From NCBI GenBank assembly GCA_023645945.1, contig JALAIB010000075.1, positions 1 to 35,368 on the forward strand: a DNA stretch of 35,368 bases, in the 5' to 3' direction. Each line of letters starts with the position of its first letter. The first letter of the stretch is position 1. The stretch comes from Diploschistes diacapsis (lineage: Eukaryota). The translations under genes were made by a program, and so were the position numbers. Shown here in pieces: positions 9,161-20,900 of the stretch. The notes below the pieces were generated by a model that saw nothing but the letters and a program-made list of their open reading frames with translations, was not told the origin of the DNA and made no database searches.

Positions 9161-11950
9161 TTACCTTCTTCCCTCTTTGGCCACACCGTCCAGAAAGCCC
9201 AAGAGAAACTTCCTGTCGTGTGGCGAAGCTGTCACCTTAGGGGTTTGCCTCCCACTACCTAGCAATGCATCTCCTTCCTTTGATTGTATGCTTCCAACCC
9301 TTGACCTTCCAACGCCTGTTGGAGAGGCTAGTACGCTCTCGCCCACAGGTTTCTCAGACAACGGGCTGACAGGCAGTCCCGCAGATGGACCGATTAAGGA
9401 GCGATTAGTACCGGGCCTGCCAAAAAGCGAAAGCAAGGCCGCTCTCTGATCGAAGGCTTGATCGTGAGACGGCTCTTCGAGGTTCGTAGGCCTCGACAAG
9501 ATTTTCTGTGGTTGCGGCTGTTTCACTACAGGTTGCTTCATCGGAGGTGGAACGCCAACAGGACGCTTTAGTATCTGAGGTTGAAAAGGCTTTGGGGAAT
9601 CACAAGACGGCATGTTGACCTTTCGTTGGCGCGGCGACTGGCGAGAAGAAAGTCTGGGCTCCAAAGGTTTTGATAACCTACTACCTGTCTCGGGAGGCGA
9701 CTTATGAGAGCTACGAGGTCGAGTGAGGATTCTGATAGGTTGTTGAGATTCGGTGGAGCTTGGCTGCATTGTTTGTTGCTGACGTGCAGTTCGCGACTTC
9801 TTGCCCGCAGGCCTCGGTATACTTTCAAACTGTGGAACATTGAGGGGGCCGGTTACAGTCGCAGAAAGATTGGGGCCCGAAAGATCAAGCGATTCTTTCG
9901 GCCGCGTTCTTATCGGCAAGTGGCTTGTAGTCGGTTGAGCAACACTTTCCTCCGCATCCATTGAGCTTTGAGGACCCGATGCATCCGAAGACGCCGGTAA
10001 TTGATTGGCTGCTAACTCGACAGGCGTTGGAGGTGGCATCAAGGATGGCGAGGCCTTGCCAGCCAAGCTTGGTGATTTGAAAAGATTGAGTAGATTCTCC
10101 TGATGCTGCAATATCGACCTCGGAGATCCTTTCACCGTGCTACCAGGCAAGGAGGGCGCTAGGGCAGAACTTGAGCCTATGATATCGGAAAGCGTAGGCT
10201 TGCCGAAAGGGTAATATGACGGCAGGACAGTAGTTGATCGAGATGCCGAAAGCTCCGGAGGCTTGTGGGCTTGGTCTGCTGAGAGCTGAGCAACGGACAT
10301 ACTTTCAGGCTCCTTGGGTGCCGAGGGCTCTCTGAAGAGACTTAGAAGTGCAGAAGAATGAGCATTGAGCTTCGGCATTGGAAGCTTGCTCGCTGGGGGA
10401 CCGATATTTTGACGATCATCCGCAATTTTGGATTCTCTGGAGAATTTAGGGTCACCGGTCCATTGGTGAGGCGCTGCAGCCGCATAGGGAGCTATAGATT
10501 TCTTTTGCAAGAGCTGGCTTGGTTGTAATGGTTGCGTACTATGATGACTTGAATGCACACTGTGATCATTACTATCAGAGGGGGCCACGACTGGCTGACG
10601 GAAAGATCGCCGTTGCTGTACAGCAGCATTCGAAGGTTGAGCAGGTGGGAAGAGGAAAGTCGGAGGTTTCGCGAAACTTGAAGCGTATTCTTCCCGGGCA
10701 ATATGGTGTTTTGGAGATAGGGGTGGCCTAGAAGGCTGGCTGATGACCTGGTCGTACGGAGTTTGCGGAGGGAGTCCTGGCTTCCGCTCAATCCAATTAC
10801 CTCGAAGGAGGCTCAGCATTGCGTTTGCCTTGGTTGCGCGGGAACCTGCGGAATCATCTGCCTCGGCAGTTTTGGGTGGAGATTCAGAAGATACATTCAA
10901 GAGACTCTTAAGCTGAAGAGAAGAATCTTGTGCCGGCACAGCTGGCTCGGAAACCTCGGGTAAATTACTCTCACGCGATGCCTGTCGAGATTGACGGAGC
11001 TGCGCCATAAGCCTTATCATGTCATTGTTCGCAGGCACATGTTCGGTATTCACAGTTGGAGCCGAAGCATGGTCATCTTGGGCTTCGCGAACCAAAAGGC
11101 TGTTCACTTGCTGGTTAGCGAGTGAAATTGAGCCATTTCGCTTCCTCAGATGTCCGATGTACTTTTTCAGCGGAACTAAAAACGGAGCAACCATATAGAA
11201 CTTGTTGGCATTTCTTGCCAGTTCTTGTCCGTTTTGTTGTTGCTGTTGGTGCTTCAACTTCTTCAAAGTAGGTAGGTCGGATAATCTATACCACTCGATC
11301 TTACTGATTTCCTTTCGCGTCCTTGGCTCAAAATGGGTATCCTTCGGCACACCAGGGAATACAAAGAGCTTCATGTTCTGCTCTCGCATAGTGATGTCAA
11401 TAGACCTAACGCCCTCTTCCTTAATCACGAGCCCAGCGGCACGGATGTCGTACCCCGTTTCTTCGTAAACTTCTCTTATCGCACAATCAATGTCCTTCTC
11501 GTCTTTATTGATCTTGCCTCTCGGAAAGCTCCAGCTTGAACCTTTCTTGTAGCCTTTGACGAGTACTACTTCGTCCAGTGTATCGTTGAGGAGGATAGCG
11601 CCCCGCACGGGGACCCGGGTCTTATACGCGAGGAATTCGGAAAATGCCTTTGAGTGTAGCTCTGCATCGTAAACCGAAAATAGTGGACAATGTTGGAAGA
11701 TCTTAAAGCAGAATTGTCTCAGGTTGAGAGAGGGCAGGTTGGGATCGAGCGGTCGGACAAAATCCTCGTAGAACCACTGAGCTTCCTCGACCTGGAAACA
11801 TATCCGTTCAACGGACTCCAGCTCCTCCCTCGGCAAATTGATGATGAATCGAACGCATAAATCATCCAGCCCTGGTCTGCATGAGCTATTGACGATGCAG
11901 CAAGCTTCGGCCAACTTACAGTCCACCAGTTGCATCTTTGTTTCTGTCAT
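9161..11950 (-). CDS. DCP2: mRNA decapping enzyme catalytic subunit Dcp2
   Basis: ATG at 11950 (MTETKMQLVD). Removing intron 11872-11919 gives the conserved WLDDLCVRFIINLP. Box A (EEAQWFYEDF), Nudix box (GKINKDEKDIDCAIREVYEETG) and a long disordered tail with LLxLF motifs. Confidence 0.96.
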   Translation of the reverse strand: MTETKMQLVDCKLAEACCIVNSSCRPGLDDLCVRFIINLPREELESVERICFQVEEAQWFYEDFVRPLDPNLPSLNLRQFCFKIFQHCPLFSVYDAELHSKAFSEFLAYKTRVPVRGAILLNDTLDEVVLVKGYKKGSSWSFPRGKINKDEKDIDCAIREVYEETGYDIRAAGLVIKEEGVRSIDITMREQNMKLFVFPGVPKDTHFEPRTRKEISKIEWYRLSDLPTLKKLKHQQQQQNGQELARNANKFYMVAPFLVPLKKYIGHLRKRNGSISLANQQVNSLLVREAQDDHASAPTVNTEHVPANNDMIRLMAQLRQSRQASRESNLPEVSEPAVPAQDSSLQLKSLLNVSSESPPKTAEADDSAGSRATKANAMLSLLRGNWIERKPGLPPQTPYDQVISQPSRPPLSPKHHIAREEYASSFAKPPTFLFPPAQPSNAAVQQRRSFRQPVVAPSDSNDHSVHSSHHSTQPLQPSQLLQKKSIAPYAAAAPHQWTGDPKFSRESKIADDRQNIGPPASKLPMPKLNAHSSALLSLFREPSAPKEPESMSVAQLSADQAHKPPELSASRSTTVLPSYYPFGKPTLSDIIGSSSALAPSLPGSTVKGSPRSILQHQENLLNLFKSPSLAGKASPSLMPPPTPVELAANQLPASSDASGPQSSMDAEESVAQPTTSHLPIRTRPKESLDLSGPNLSATVTGPLNVPQFESIPRPAGKKSRTARQQQTMQPSSTESQQPIRILTRPRSSHKSPPETGSRLSKPLEPRLSSRQSPRQRKVNMPSCDSPKPFQPQILKRPVGVPPPMKQPVVKQPQPQKILSRPTNLEEPSHDQAFDQRAALLSLFGRPGTNRSLIGPSAGLPVSPLSEKPVGESVLASPTGVGRSRVGSIQSKEGDALLGSGRQTPKVTASPHDRKFLLGFLDGVAKEGRR

Positions 11951-12338
11951 CTTGATTTGAATCTGCTGGCATCTCTCGTGACATTTAGGCCCGACTGAGG
12001 AACGGACTGCTGCGACCACGACGAAGCGAATCGTACAGTGATAAGTGCCAGGTCGGTACCAAAACTATGCGAGAGGAAGGAAAGCTTTGAAAGCCACGGC
12101 TGTGGTACACGTTCAAGCAAGGGGCTTTGGTATGATCTATAATGGCGCTCCAGGGTGAATGTAGTGGGGAAGTAGAAAATGGAGTATGTTTGCTATATGG
12201 GTCAGAGAAAGTATGTGCTAGTGCTGTAACGAAGCAAATTGAAAGCAACTGAAAGGACGTAAGTTGTACAAAGTACTTGTACATATAAGTAGTAGTCTAT
12301 CCTGTCAGTTGTTTACTGTTCGTGGTTTGGTTGTGTGC

Positions 12339-12371
12339 GCAGTGCAGTGCAGTGCAGTGCAGTGCAGTGCA
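12339..12371. repeat. (AGTGC)6 pentanucleotide microsatellite
   Basis: Six perfect copies at 12341-12370, in the divergent DCP2/DUF4112 intergenic region. Confidence 0.9.
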
Positions 12372-13183
12372 ACAACAGTTCACGATGCAGTTCATCACAC
12401 AGCCAGGCACTTACAACCTTCAGCAACCGCGCCTGAATATTAGCACGTCTCACTTTGCAGGTCCAGAGATGGTGGGGAAAACGTGAAAGATAGGTGTCGC
12501 GCGCTAATAGTCTGAAAACAGCTGTACACCGCTCGCCAAGTCGTATTAAGCTTCAGCCTTAGCACCAACAAGAACTTCTTCCCCCCACCCATACAATAGG
12601 CCTGATCTACTGGAAGTGCTCCTGGAACTTCCAAACATGTTTATGATTGATCGGAAGCATTCTTGTATGGGCCCAAAATGGCGGAACATGTGTTTGATAT
12701 CGACTGGTAGCAAGTGGTAGGTATCTAGTAACCGTTAAGTGCTGACGATGCACAGCCACATGTTCACTTCAAGGTTTATGACGTAGTTACGTAGTTACGC
12801 GCCTTCTTAGATCTGCCAAAATAACTGCAGAAGATCCGGATTCCAATCATCTAAAACAGGACCATCTACGAGGAAACAAAGGCCAGAGTGCTCGCGGCTG
12901 GCCCCATCCATACCAGCTGTTGCGTTCTCATTGTCCTAATGCCCTTAAACCTGCCTAACTGATAGAATAGCTTACTTTTCTTGCTCATCCCAATGGCTCG
13001 TCGCGCATACTAGATGCTCATTCTAAATCTATGTCACGCCCATCACTACTACTACCTTGCTCCGAACATCTCTCTACCTGCAGATTCCCAGTATTCCAAA
13101 CTCCCTCAGTACACTCGTAGCGATCTATCTGCTTCATATCATACCATTGCAAGCATTCAACTGCCTTCTGTGAGGGAACTACG

Positions 13184-14328
13184 ATGACAGACTATTTCGC
13201 TAAAAAGGTGGCGAAGCATGTTCTGAAGGAATCAGCAACGAATAACTTCGGCACTGAAGGTAAGCATTGACCGTCCGCTGCAACATTCCGTGCCAGAACG
13301 CTTACGACTGGTCCAGACCCGTACTTCGATTATGTTTCCCCATTGGATCTGAATGGCAATCCCACCGGCAAACCCAAGAAGCAAAAGAAGGCTACACCGC
13401 CAGGGCTCACGAAGATAGAGGAGAAGGTCCTCAGGAAGGTGACGCGACGTGCGTACCGGCTCGACAACTGCCTCAACGTCTGTGGCATACGTATAGGATG
13501 GGGTGTTGTCGCGGGCGTAATACCTGGGTAAGCTCTCAAATGCTGCCTAACCTCGCTTTGCGCTTCAATCCCTGACCTCCTCCTCTCAACAGCTTAGGCG
13601 ATATCTTCGACACGCTCTGCGCCCTCATGGTTTATCGTACATGTCTGGCTGTGGAGCTCCCTAAAGGCCTCAAATCGCGAATGATGCTCAATATCGCGGT
13701 CAGTATGCTCCTAGCCAACCACCCACATCAACTGACCTAATTTTACCAATAGATCGACTTCGGAATCGGCCTAATCCCCCTTCTCGGCGATGTAGCAGAC
13801 GCCCTCTACCGTGCTAATACCCGTAATGCTGCCCTCCTCTACACCCACCTGAAAGCCCGTGGCGCCGCCCGCATTGCCGAAGACGATAAGATCGCCACCC
13901 GTGGCGTGACTCAGGGCCGAGATAGATCACACTCGAGAGGCCGCGGCGTTGGGCTTCAGAAAAAGCAACAGCAGTTGCAAAGCCCCACACAGCCGAAGCC
14001 AAGGCATGACGATGAACGCATGCAGCTTCCAGTATCATCGCCGAGTGCTCCGACCCCACAACACATCTCCTCAAGAAGCGACAAGCGAAGAGAGCGTCGC
14101 GGTGAGAGGTCTCCGCCGTCAGCCCTACAGTCACCGCAGGCGCAGAGGCGCTTCGTGACGGCCGAGGATCTCGCGCAGCCAGAGCCGGCCCGGTTGCGGG
14201 GCAACAACGGGGCCAGCTCGAGTCGTGGTGGTTGGTTGAGCAGACTTCTGGGAGGAAGCGAGTCGGGGCAGGTGCGGGAAAGGGACGTGGAGAATTTGGA
14301 CGATATTCCGATGCGGGAGCGAACCTGA
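13184..14328 (+). CDS. DUF4112 family membrane protein (4 exons)
   Basis: Introns 13260-13316, 13528-13592 and 13699-13752. The spliced product reads FGTEDPYF...RRAYRLDNCLNVCGIRIGWGVVAGVIPGLGDIFD...MMLNIAIDFGIGLIPLLGDVADALYRANTRNA, the typical DUF4112 pattern. Confidence 0.9.
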
Positions 14329-15015
14329 CGGGCGGAAGAGTATGCATGTTGATCGTGGGGCCGGTTCCTTTCGAGTAACGACGTTCTTAATCGGGTAGCA
14401 CCTTGGCGTTCTTGCGGCGAGCGTCTCCACAGGCGCGAAAGGCCGGGCCTGCCATCAAGGAGGCAATCTGGACACGGGGTCAATCTTCAGAGCATTCCCA
14501 TAATGCGGGACCTAAACGGGCATGTTTTTTGTGTGCTGAACCAGAACAGCGATCCCACCACTACTACTAGTAATTAAACTAATACGAACTTGCGAGCGCC
14601 AATATTCGTGATGATTTTCCAGATGCTCCTCTACATACCACGTTCCTCAATGTCTTGAATGCGCGGGAATTTTGGGTTCCAAAGTCCACCTCGTGGAACA
14701 GCTGGATTTTTCGCCTTCCGGATTTGCAAGTCAAGTCCTCGAAATTACTGCATTTGAAATACTAAGATATAAATACAAATAAACTCTGATCTTATCCCAG
14801 TGTTGATGGACTCCCGCCAAGTCTTCCCCAAGCCTGTCAAATAAACCAGCTTGCAGAGGCCTTGCCAAACGGAGACGCCAACACTAGTTCGCAACATCTT
14901 CCCCTTTTATTCAACTTCCGTGCCATTAGCGAACATAACCCCCTTGAAGACTTTGCAAACGCAGTGTGGTATCACAACAAAGAAAAACCCAACAATGGAC
15001 AATTTTGATCTCCAT

Positions 15016-17937
15016 CTACTGAGAACCGCTGATGACAGGGTTATTGGCGCCAAGGGTGGTCCCAAGCGCGTTCCCGTTAGTTTTGCCAACGTCCATGCCG
15101 TTCGTAGTTCTCGAGGTGGTTGTGCTGTTTGTGCTGTAAGGCTGGTTGTTGAAGGCCTGGTTAGTGTTGTAATCATATGATTGTCCGCCAGCACCGCCTG
15201 CGTAGTAGCCCGAACCTGTACCCACACCACCAGCACCAACTCCATAGCCCGAACCTGTACCGGTATCAGTTCCGTAACCTGCGTTCATACCGGCAGCTGA
15301 GTTAGATCCAGCATCGCGGAGGGCAGCAGGCGTGACGTTATGTGACTTGCGAGAAACCGCTGCCGGCTTCTTTAGATTCGTTGTCTCCGCGGCTGATCCA
15401 ATTCCGAAGACAGGAGACTCCCACCTGTCACCCTTCTGGGCAAGCTCCTTGTACTCCGTGGCCTTGGACGAGATGCCTCCAGGCAGGCTAATATTTTTGA
15501 AGATGGAGTCTTGTTGTGTAATCGCAATATTCGCCTTCGTATCCGCCGCCTTGGCCTGGGCCTTCTGAGCTTGCTCCTTGCCCTGGGTAATCCTGTTCTG
15601 CATAGCGGTGTAGTATTGCTGAAAGATGTTGGCAGCGCTCTGAGGATCGTTCTTGGCATCTTCCTTTGCACGGTTGACTTCCTGCTGGATCTGCCAAGCA
15701 TAGGCATCACCTTTCATGATGGTGTCCTTGATTTGCTTCTCGATAACCTTCATCAACGCCGGCTTGAGAACACGAAGCAAAATCGGCTTGGCGAAGTTAA
15801 AGAGAAGCTTGTGATTGGACTGCTTGATCTTGACCTTCAAATTGCTAACATCCACCTTGACGGTGGTAACCTGGAAGAAGTGATGCGCTCTGGTAGAATC
15901 GTCCTCGGTCTGGAGGCCGACAGTGAAGTTAAAGCCGGCCCCACCAAAGAACAGATCCAGGATACCTTTGTCGGTAAGAGATGGGAATCCTTCCTTTCTC
16001 TTGACGTAATAGCTGACATCACGAAGGTCCATCTGTACCCCAGAGACAGCAATTTCAATCTTGTTCTTGTTAGCGCTTTTGACGGTCTTGCGTCCCCATC
16101 GAAAGTAATTGTCGCTTGTAACCTCCAGGGAGTTGGGCATGAGATTGTCACTTTCAATAACAAGATTCTCCACGATGGCATCGACTTGTGAGTCAGAGTA
16201 CTCAATTCTGGGAATCGGTACATAGCGAATACGCTCAAACGCCTCCGGCAGAATGACCGTACTCAAGTCCTTGACAAGATGAGGTTTGAAGGCAGGTTTG
16301 CCACTTTCATCGTTACCAAGGTCATTGAAGAGCTTTTGCATGGAATCGCCGAAGGCCCTGTTCTGTGGGTCCTCCTCGAACTGGTTTGAGAGGAACTTGA
16401 TTTCATCGAGAACGCGGTTGGTGTGGTTCCGGTATCGCTCACGCAGAAGAAATTTGCCTTGGTCGTAAAGCCGGTTGCCTTCGTCGGTGGACGCATCTTC
16501 CATTATATATCCAGTCTGCTGCAGACACTTCCTTATGTACGTGTCGACGGACTTGAACCAGTTTCGCAGTTCAGGATCGCGCTGAGCATCCTGATAAACG
16601 AGGTTGAGCGAGTCCCACAGGTCATCAGTAGATGTAGAGTTGGCAAAACGTTCAATGAGAGCCTTCAATGGCGTTAGTACAGAGATATTTTGGCCCCAGA
16701 AATCTGAACATACCAGCAAGTCAGCCTCAGCAGTCCTCAATGCGTCGTCAGAGTGCGCACCTTTCACGGTTCCAGTTCCTTGGGCATGAAGGTCTCTTCC
16801 GTGACCTCCGTACGTCTCAGCAAGTGAAAGCAAAGTCTCGATGGCTCGTTGATCTATCATGCGGTGTCAGCAGGCCGTGTGGCGACAGCGAAGGGTGACA
16901 CAACTTACAGTCGGGATGGTTTTGAATCTCGACCACCATCTTCTTAAGACGCCAGATCGTCTGGTCGCGACGCTCCTTTGGTATCTTCTTGCTCAGATAC
17001 TGACGCGTCTGTGCGCGCGTAGCATCACCAGCCTTGTTGATGTTATCCTGGGTCTCCTGCGGAACATTCTCTCTTGCTTTAGCGCTCATGGTACTGGCCG
17101 CGTTCTGTGCGCCTCCCTGCGTGTTGTCCGAGTATTGGGCTTGGTTCGCGACTTCTTGGGCATCACTTCTGGAGAATGGCTTGTTCTTGCCATAAATGTC
17201 ACGAGCCTGACCCTTAAGCTCGGAAACCGAAGGAACATCGTGCCAGGTGTTGTCCTGCGCCGGACTGTCGATCTGAGAGAGCTGTTCATCTGACGGGTTG
17301 ATTCTGCCGGCAGCGTTTGTTGCGGCATCACCAGCGATGTCTCGGATAAGGACCGTGGCATCGCTAAGAAGTTTGCGGAACTGGCCGTTAGAAATGATCA
17401 GAGTCCCTAGGGTGCGGAGACCGTCAAGCGCCTGATTGCCATGCTGCTGAGCGGTGGCCTTGTCGACAGGGGCGTTCGGGAGCGTAGCGTTACCACCCTC
17501 CAAACGCTGGCATTGCCAGATGAAATCTTGAAGCAGATTGCCATCGTTTTTCGTCAGGAACAAGTGTTTGGCCTGTTGAACGACGTTGCGAAAGTCTTCC
17601 AAGAGATGCCGACCTTCCGCCGACAGCTTGTTCGAGGGTGAAGCAACTAACGAGGAGGCCAAGAAGCTGTTCAAGGCAACATCGATTTGTTTGTTCTGTA
17701 TTACCATGAGCTTCAACATCGAGATGGGTGGCAAGGGAGATGGAAACTTACGCTTGGTATTTTTCCAAGGGCAAAAGCTAGATAAAACAGTGGTCAGTTG
17801 GTGCATCTTCGTATAGATAGAAAGCGCAGAGGAAGCGCAAGTTCCCTACCGGAGTAGATTCCATAAAGCTGAAGCTTTTGGTTAACATCCTGCTCTTTGA
17901 GCTTGGTGTTGGTTGGTCTATTCACCGCAGAGCTCAT
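15016..17937 (-). CDS. Large conserved fungal DUF5923/DUF4449 (HAM1-like) protein, ~912 aa
   Basis: ATG at 17937 (MSSAVNRPTNTKLKEQDVNQKLQLYGIYS). Introns 17778-17849, 17696-17751 and 16854-16908, with a 26-nt exon 2. Motifs GKIPSNKQID, ISNGQFRKLLSD, YVPIPRIEYSD, ENLVIESDNLMPN and SIFKNISLPGGIS. The gene is certain; the family label is from recall. Confidence 0.82.
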
Positions 17938-18692
17938 GCTGGGCAATGACTATTTGAGCGAGAAGCAAAAATAAAGCAGGGGGTTATCGAATGAATAGAT
18001 TATTAAAAGGTTTCTTGCTAAAGCAAAGAATCTCCAAAGAGCGCGAATAATGGGTATCACAAAACAAGGTAGAGATAAAAGTGTTCTGTTGGGAGATTGA
18101 GGTTGGAGGGAAACGATGGTGGGAAGAGGAAGAGATTTGAAGGGGGACTTTCTTTTTGGGGAAGGACGGTGGTCTGTGGACGTGCAGCAGCGCGTTAGTT
18201 AGTAGTGATAGCACAACAAAAACGGGTCGTTGCTTTGAGTGACGGAAGTCAAGTCGAGATGAGGTGAGGTAGTAGTAGTAGTTGATCAATTGAGCTTTCC
18301 CCCAACATCCAAGCGCCTCCTTCAAGGTCCAATCAACAGACACATGAAACCTGCTCTGGGACCCATCAGGGAAATTACGAAAACTCATCATAACTTGTCA
18401 TTTTGTGGTTCTTGTTTTACTCTAATTAAACACGCCCACGCACCGCCACTCGCACCTACAATATAGACGTGTATGATATATGATGCATGATGTATGATGT
18501 ATGATATATGATAGATGTATCTGTCTCTAGCTATACTCCAGCACGGATTGTTATAAGCAAACATAAAAATTGACTGCGAGGCATCAGCAAGCAAGCATGG
18601 GACTAGTAGTGGAGTAGACATGGTGGCAAATTAGAGTTATCTGTCATGACGCAGGAGAAAAAAAAAAGGGGGGAAACTCAGAATTTGCATGG

Positions 18693-18700
18693 TGACGTCA
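18693..18700. promoter_or_regulatory. ATF/CRE palindrome TGACGTCA upstream of the DUF5923/DUF4449 gene
   Basis: Exact palindrome. An ATGACGT variant lies on the - strand at 19003-19009 and an AGGGG (STRE) near 18667. Confidence 0.4.
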
Positions 18701-18962
18701 GGCATCCGGCTCCACTTCCAGAGCCAGAACTTGGCAGGACTACTACTAACTAGCGAGCTATTATACCATGAAGCTCCAGTAGGTAGGTCTTCGCTTGAAA
18801 GTATTCTTGCACAAAGCGTAGGAGCCATGATCAGCAGGGCCTTACCCCACTTCCCTTGAGGGTTTTCTTTGGATACATTTGGACGGAGAATATACCGCGC
18901 AGGAGAATGACTTCGATATGATGTGAGTAAGGATCGACACGAAGATCGAGATGAGGAGAGGA

Positions 18963-18991
18963 ACTCGAAACTCGACTCGACTCGACTCGAC
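18963..18991. repeat. Short (ACTCG)n tandem repeat
   Basis: actcgaaactcgactcgactcgactcgac. Confidence 0.7.
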
Positions 18992-19388
18992 GAAACCTCC
19001 GGACGTCATGATTAAACATGCTTTCCATGTTTTGGTGTCAACGCCACACTCACTGCCGTCACTCCAGCCACTGCTACCCCCAATCGCTGTTTGACTCCGC
19101 AACCCACTAACTTTTTTTTGGCGCACGGGTCGTGGATGATGCCGAACCTCGTCTTCGTCCGCCTGCAATCGGTTATTATGAAACAATTGCTGGCTGAGTT
19201 TCTGCAAGCATTATCTTGTGCTTGACAGCAAAATGAATGGCATTGGTTTCAACTACCAATAAAACATCGCTCCATACTGATCAAGTTCGCAACAATTTCT
19301 CCACAAAGCCTAACAGCAACTCGACGTCTGGGCCATGGGGAATCTTCAAGCAATGGCTAATTACGGGAGCCGAGCTCCTCTATAAGCT

Positions 19389-20088
19389 TCAAGAATAAAA
19401 TTGCCCTCTGGCAGTAGGATCCACGTCAAGTGGTTCCAGTGCCAGTGCTCGCACCAAAGTTTCGTCAAAATGCTTCAATGCATAGTCTCCGATCATGTCG
19501 ATTCCTGGGAAGATTAGGCTGGGAACTCATAATCAGAGAGGGATTGCTTGAAGAAGATTCACCTGCTTGTGCGCCTCCCGCTGTCCACACTTTACCATCA
19601 ACCACCCATCTCTGGTCCAGCCACTCAATGCCAGGATACATTTGCTTGGCCATTCCAAGAAAGCCTCGATTCGTCGTTGCCTTCATACCATCCAGAACAC
19701 CGGAAGAGGCCAACCAGATGCTGCCAATGCACGTGGTCAAAATCACCTTGACCTTAGGGAAGGCCTCCTTCATGAACTTGTCTGCTGCGGCCGGGCGGTG
19801 GGATATAAGAGGGCCCCCAATGATCAAGTAGTCCAAGTCTCTAGGAGCGTCATCGTAAGTCATGTTCGGCAAGAATTTCATGTCAGGAGTGAGCATTGCC
19901 GGGTCCAACGTTGTGGAGAGAAAGTACCATTCCATCTTCGGGGCAAGACTAGAGAAGTCGGGAAAGCCGAATGATTTAACTTGGTCGTAGTACTGGGCAC
20001 TTAGGTTTCCCAAGATATCGATGCCCATGATATCGGAGAGCTGAACGGATTCCAGCATCACTCCAATCCTTAAGGTAGGAGGGGCCAT
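19389..20088 (-). CDS. DJ-1/PfpI (ThiJ) family protein, isocyanide-hydratase-like subgroup
   Basis: ATG at 20088 (MAPPTLRIGVML). Intron 19505-19562 gives RWVVDGKVWTAGGAQAG|IDM...RGQFYS*. Motifs LDYLIIGGP, nucleophile elbow TTCIGS and LDGMKATTN. TATATAAG lies ~70 bp upstream. Confidence 0.9.
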
Positions 20089-20900
20089 TGCGGGAAAATT
20101 TGTCAATATAGGTAAGTTCTGATCATGTGTTTCCTTTCATGGGAACCTCGACGACTTATATAGGGCTTCCAACATCTTCGGACGGGTCGCCCTTCGGCCT
20201 CTATTCCAACTCACTTGAGCTTCGTCAGAGTCCAACCTTGATTGATAAGGGTTTCCTGAAGCTCGCGCCGGGTGTAGTGGAAGGCAGCATCATTCTTGCC
20301 TCTCTCACTGGTTGAGGAGAATGCTAAGAGCGCGATTATCAAGCCTCTTTCTTTTGGACCTGCGAAGGCCTGCTGGAAATGAAGATAATAATCTCGTACG
20401 CCTTACCTACATGAGCTGAAACCATCAGAGTATCGATTGTTATCCACGCTGCCTGTTAGATTGTTGCCTGGTGCCAAGGACAGCCTCAAAAAAGGGGCGT
20501 GTGGTGAAGTCGGCGAATTTTGGAAATGAGAGAGCTTATGAGGGTATTAAGATACTGTTTCCACTCTTTGTCGAGGGTATTGTATTGTAGTCTGTGATCA
20601 TGATATGTTTTATGGTGATAACAAGAAATACTTCACCAGCTTGCAGACGAAGTGGTGTCGCCATATCACGTGCGGCAAAGCGAACTTATCCACGTGTTGT
20701 GTTTTATTCTTAATATTTATACAAAGCATTTGGTGACTGTCTTCTACTATCTTAAAGGAATAACCGCAATGGGGAAATTTATTCTACAACTGCCGTGGAC
20801 TATCCTATCAACAATCTAATTTGTTGCACATGATTCCTATTGGTGTCAATTGATGCTTGTCTTGCAGTCGGCGTTGCTTTGAAACTTTCGACCCATCACA

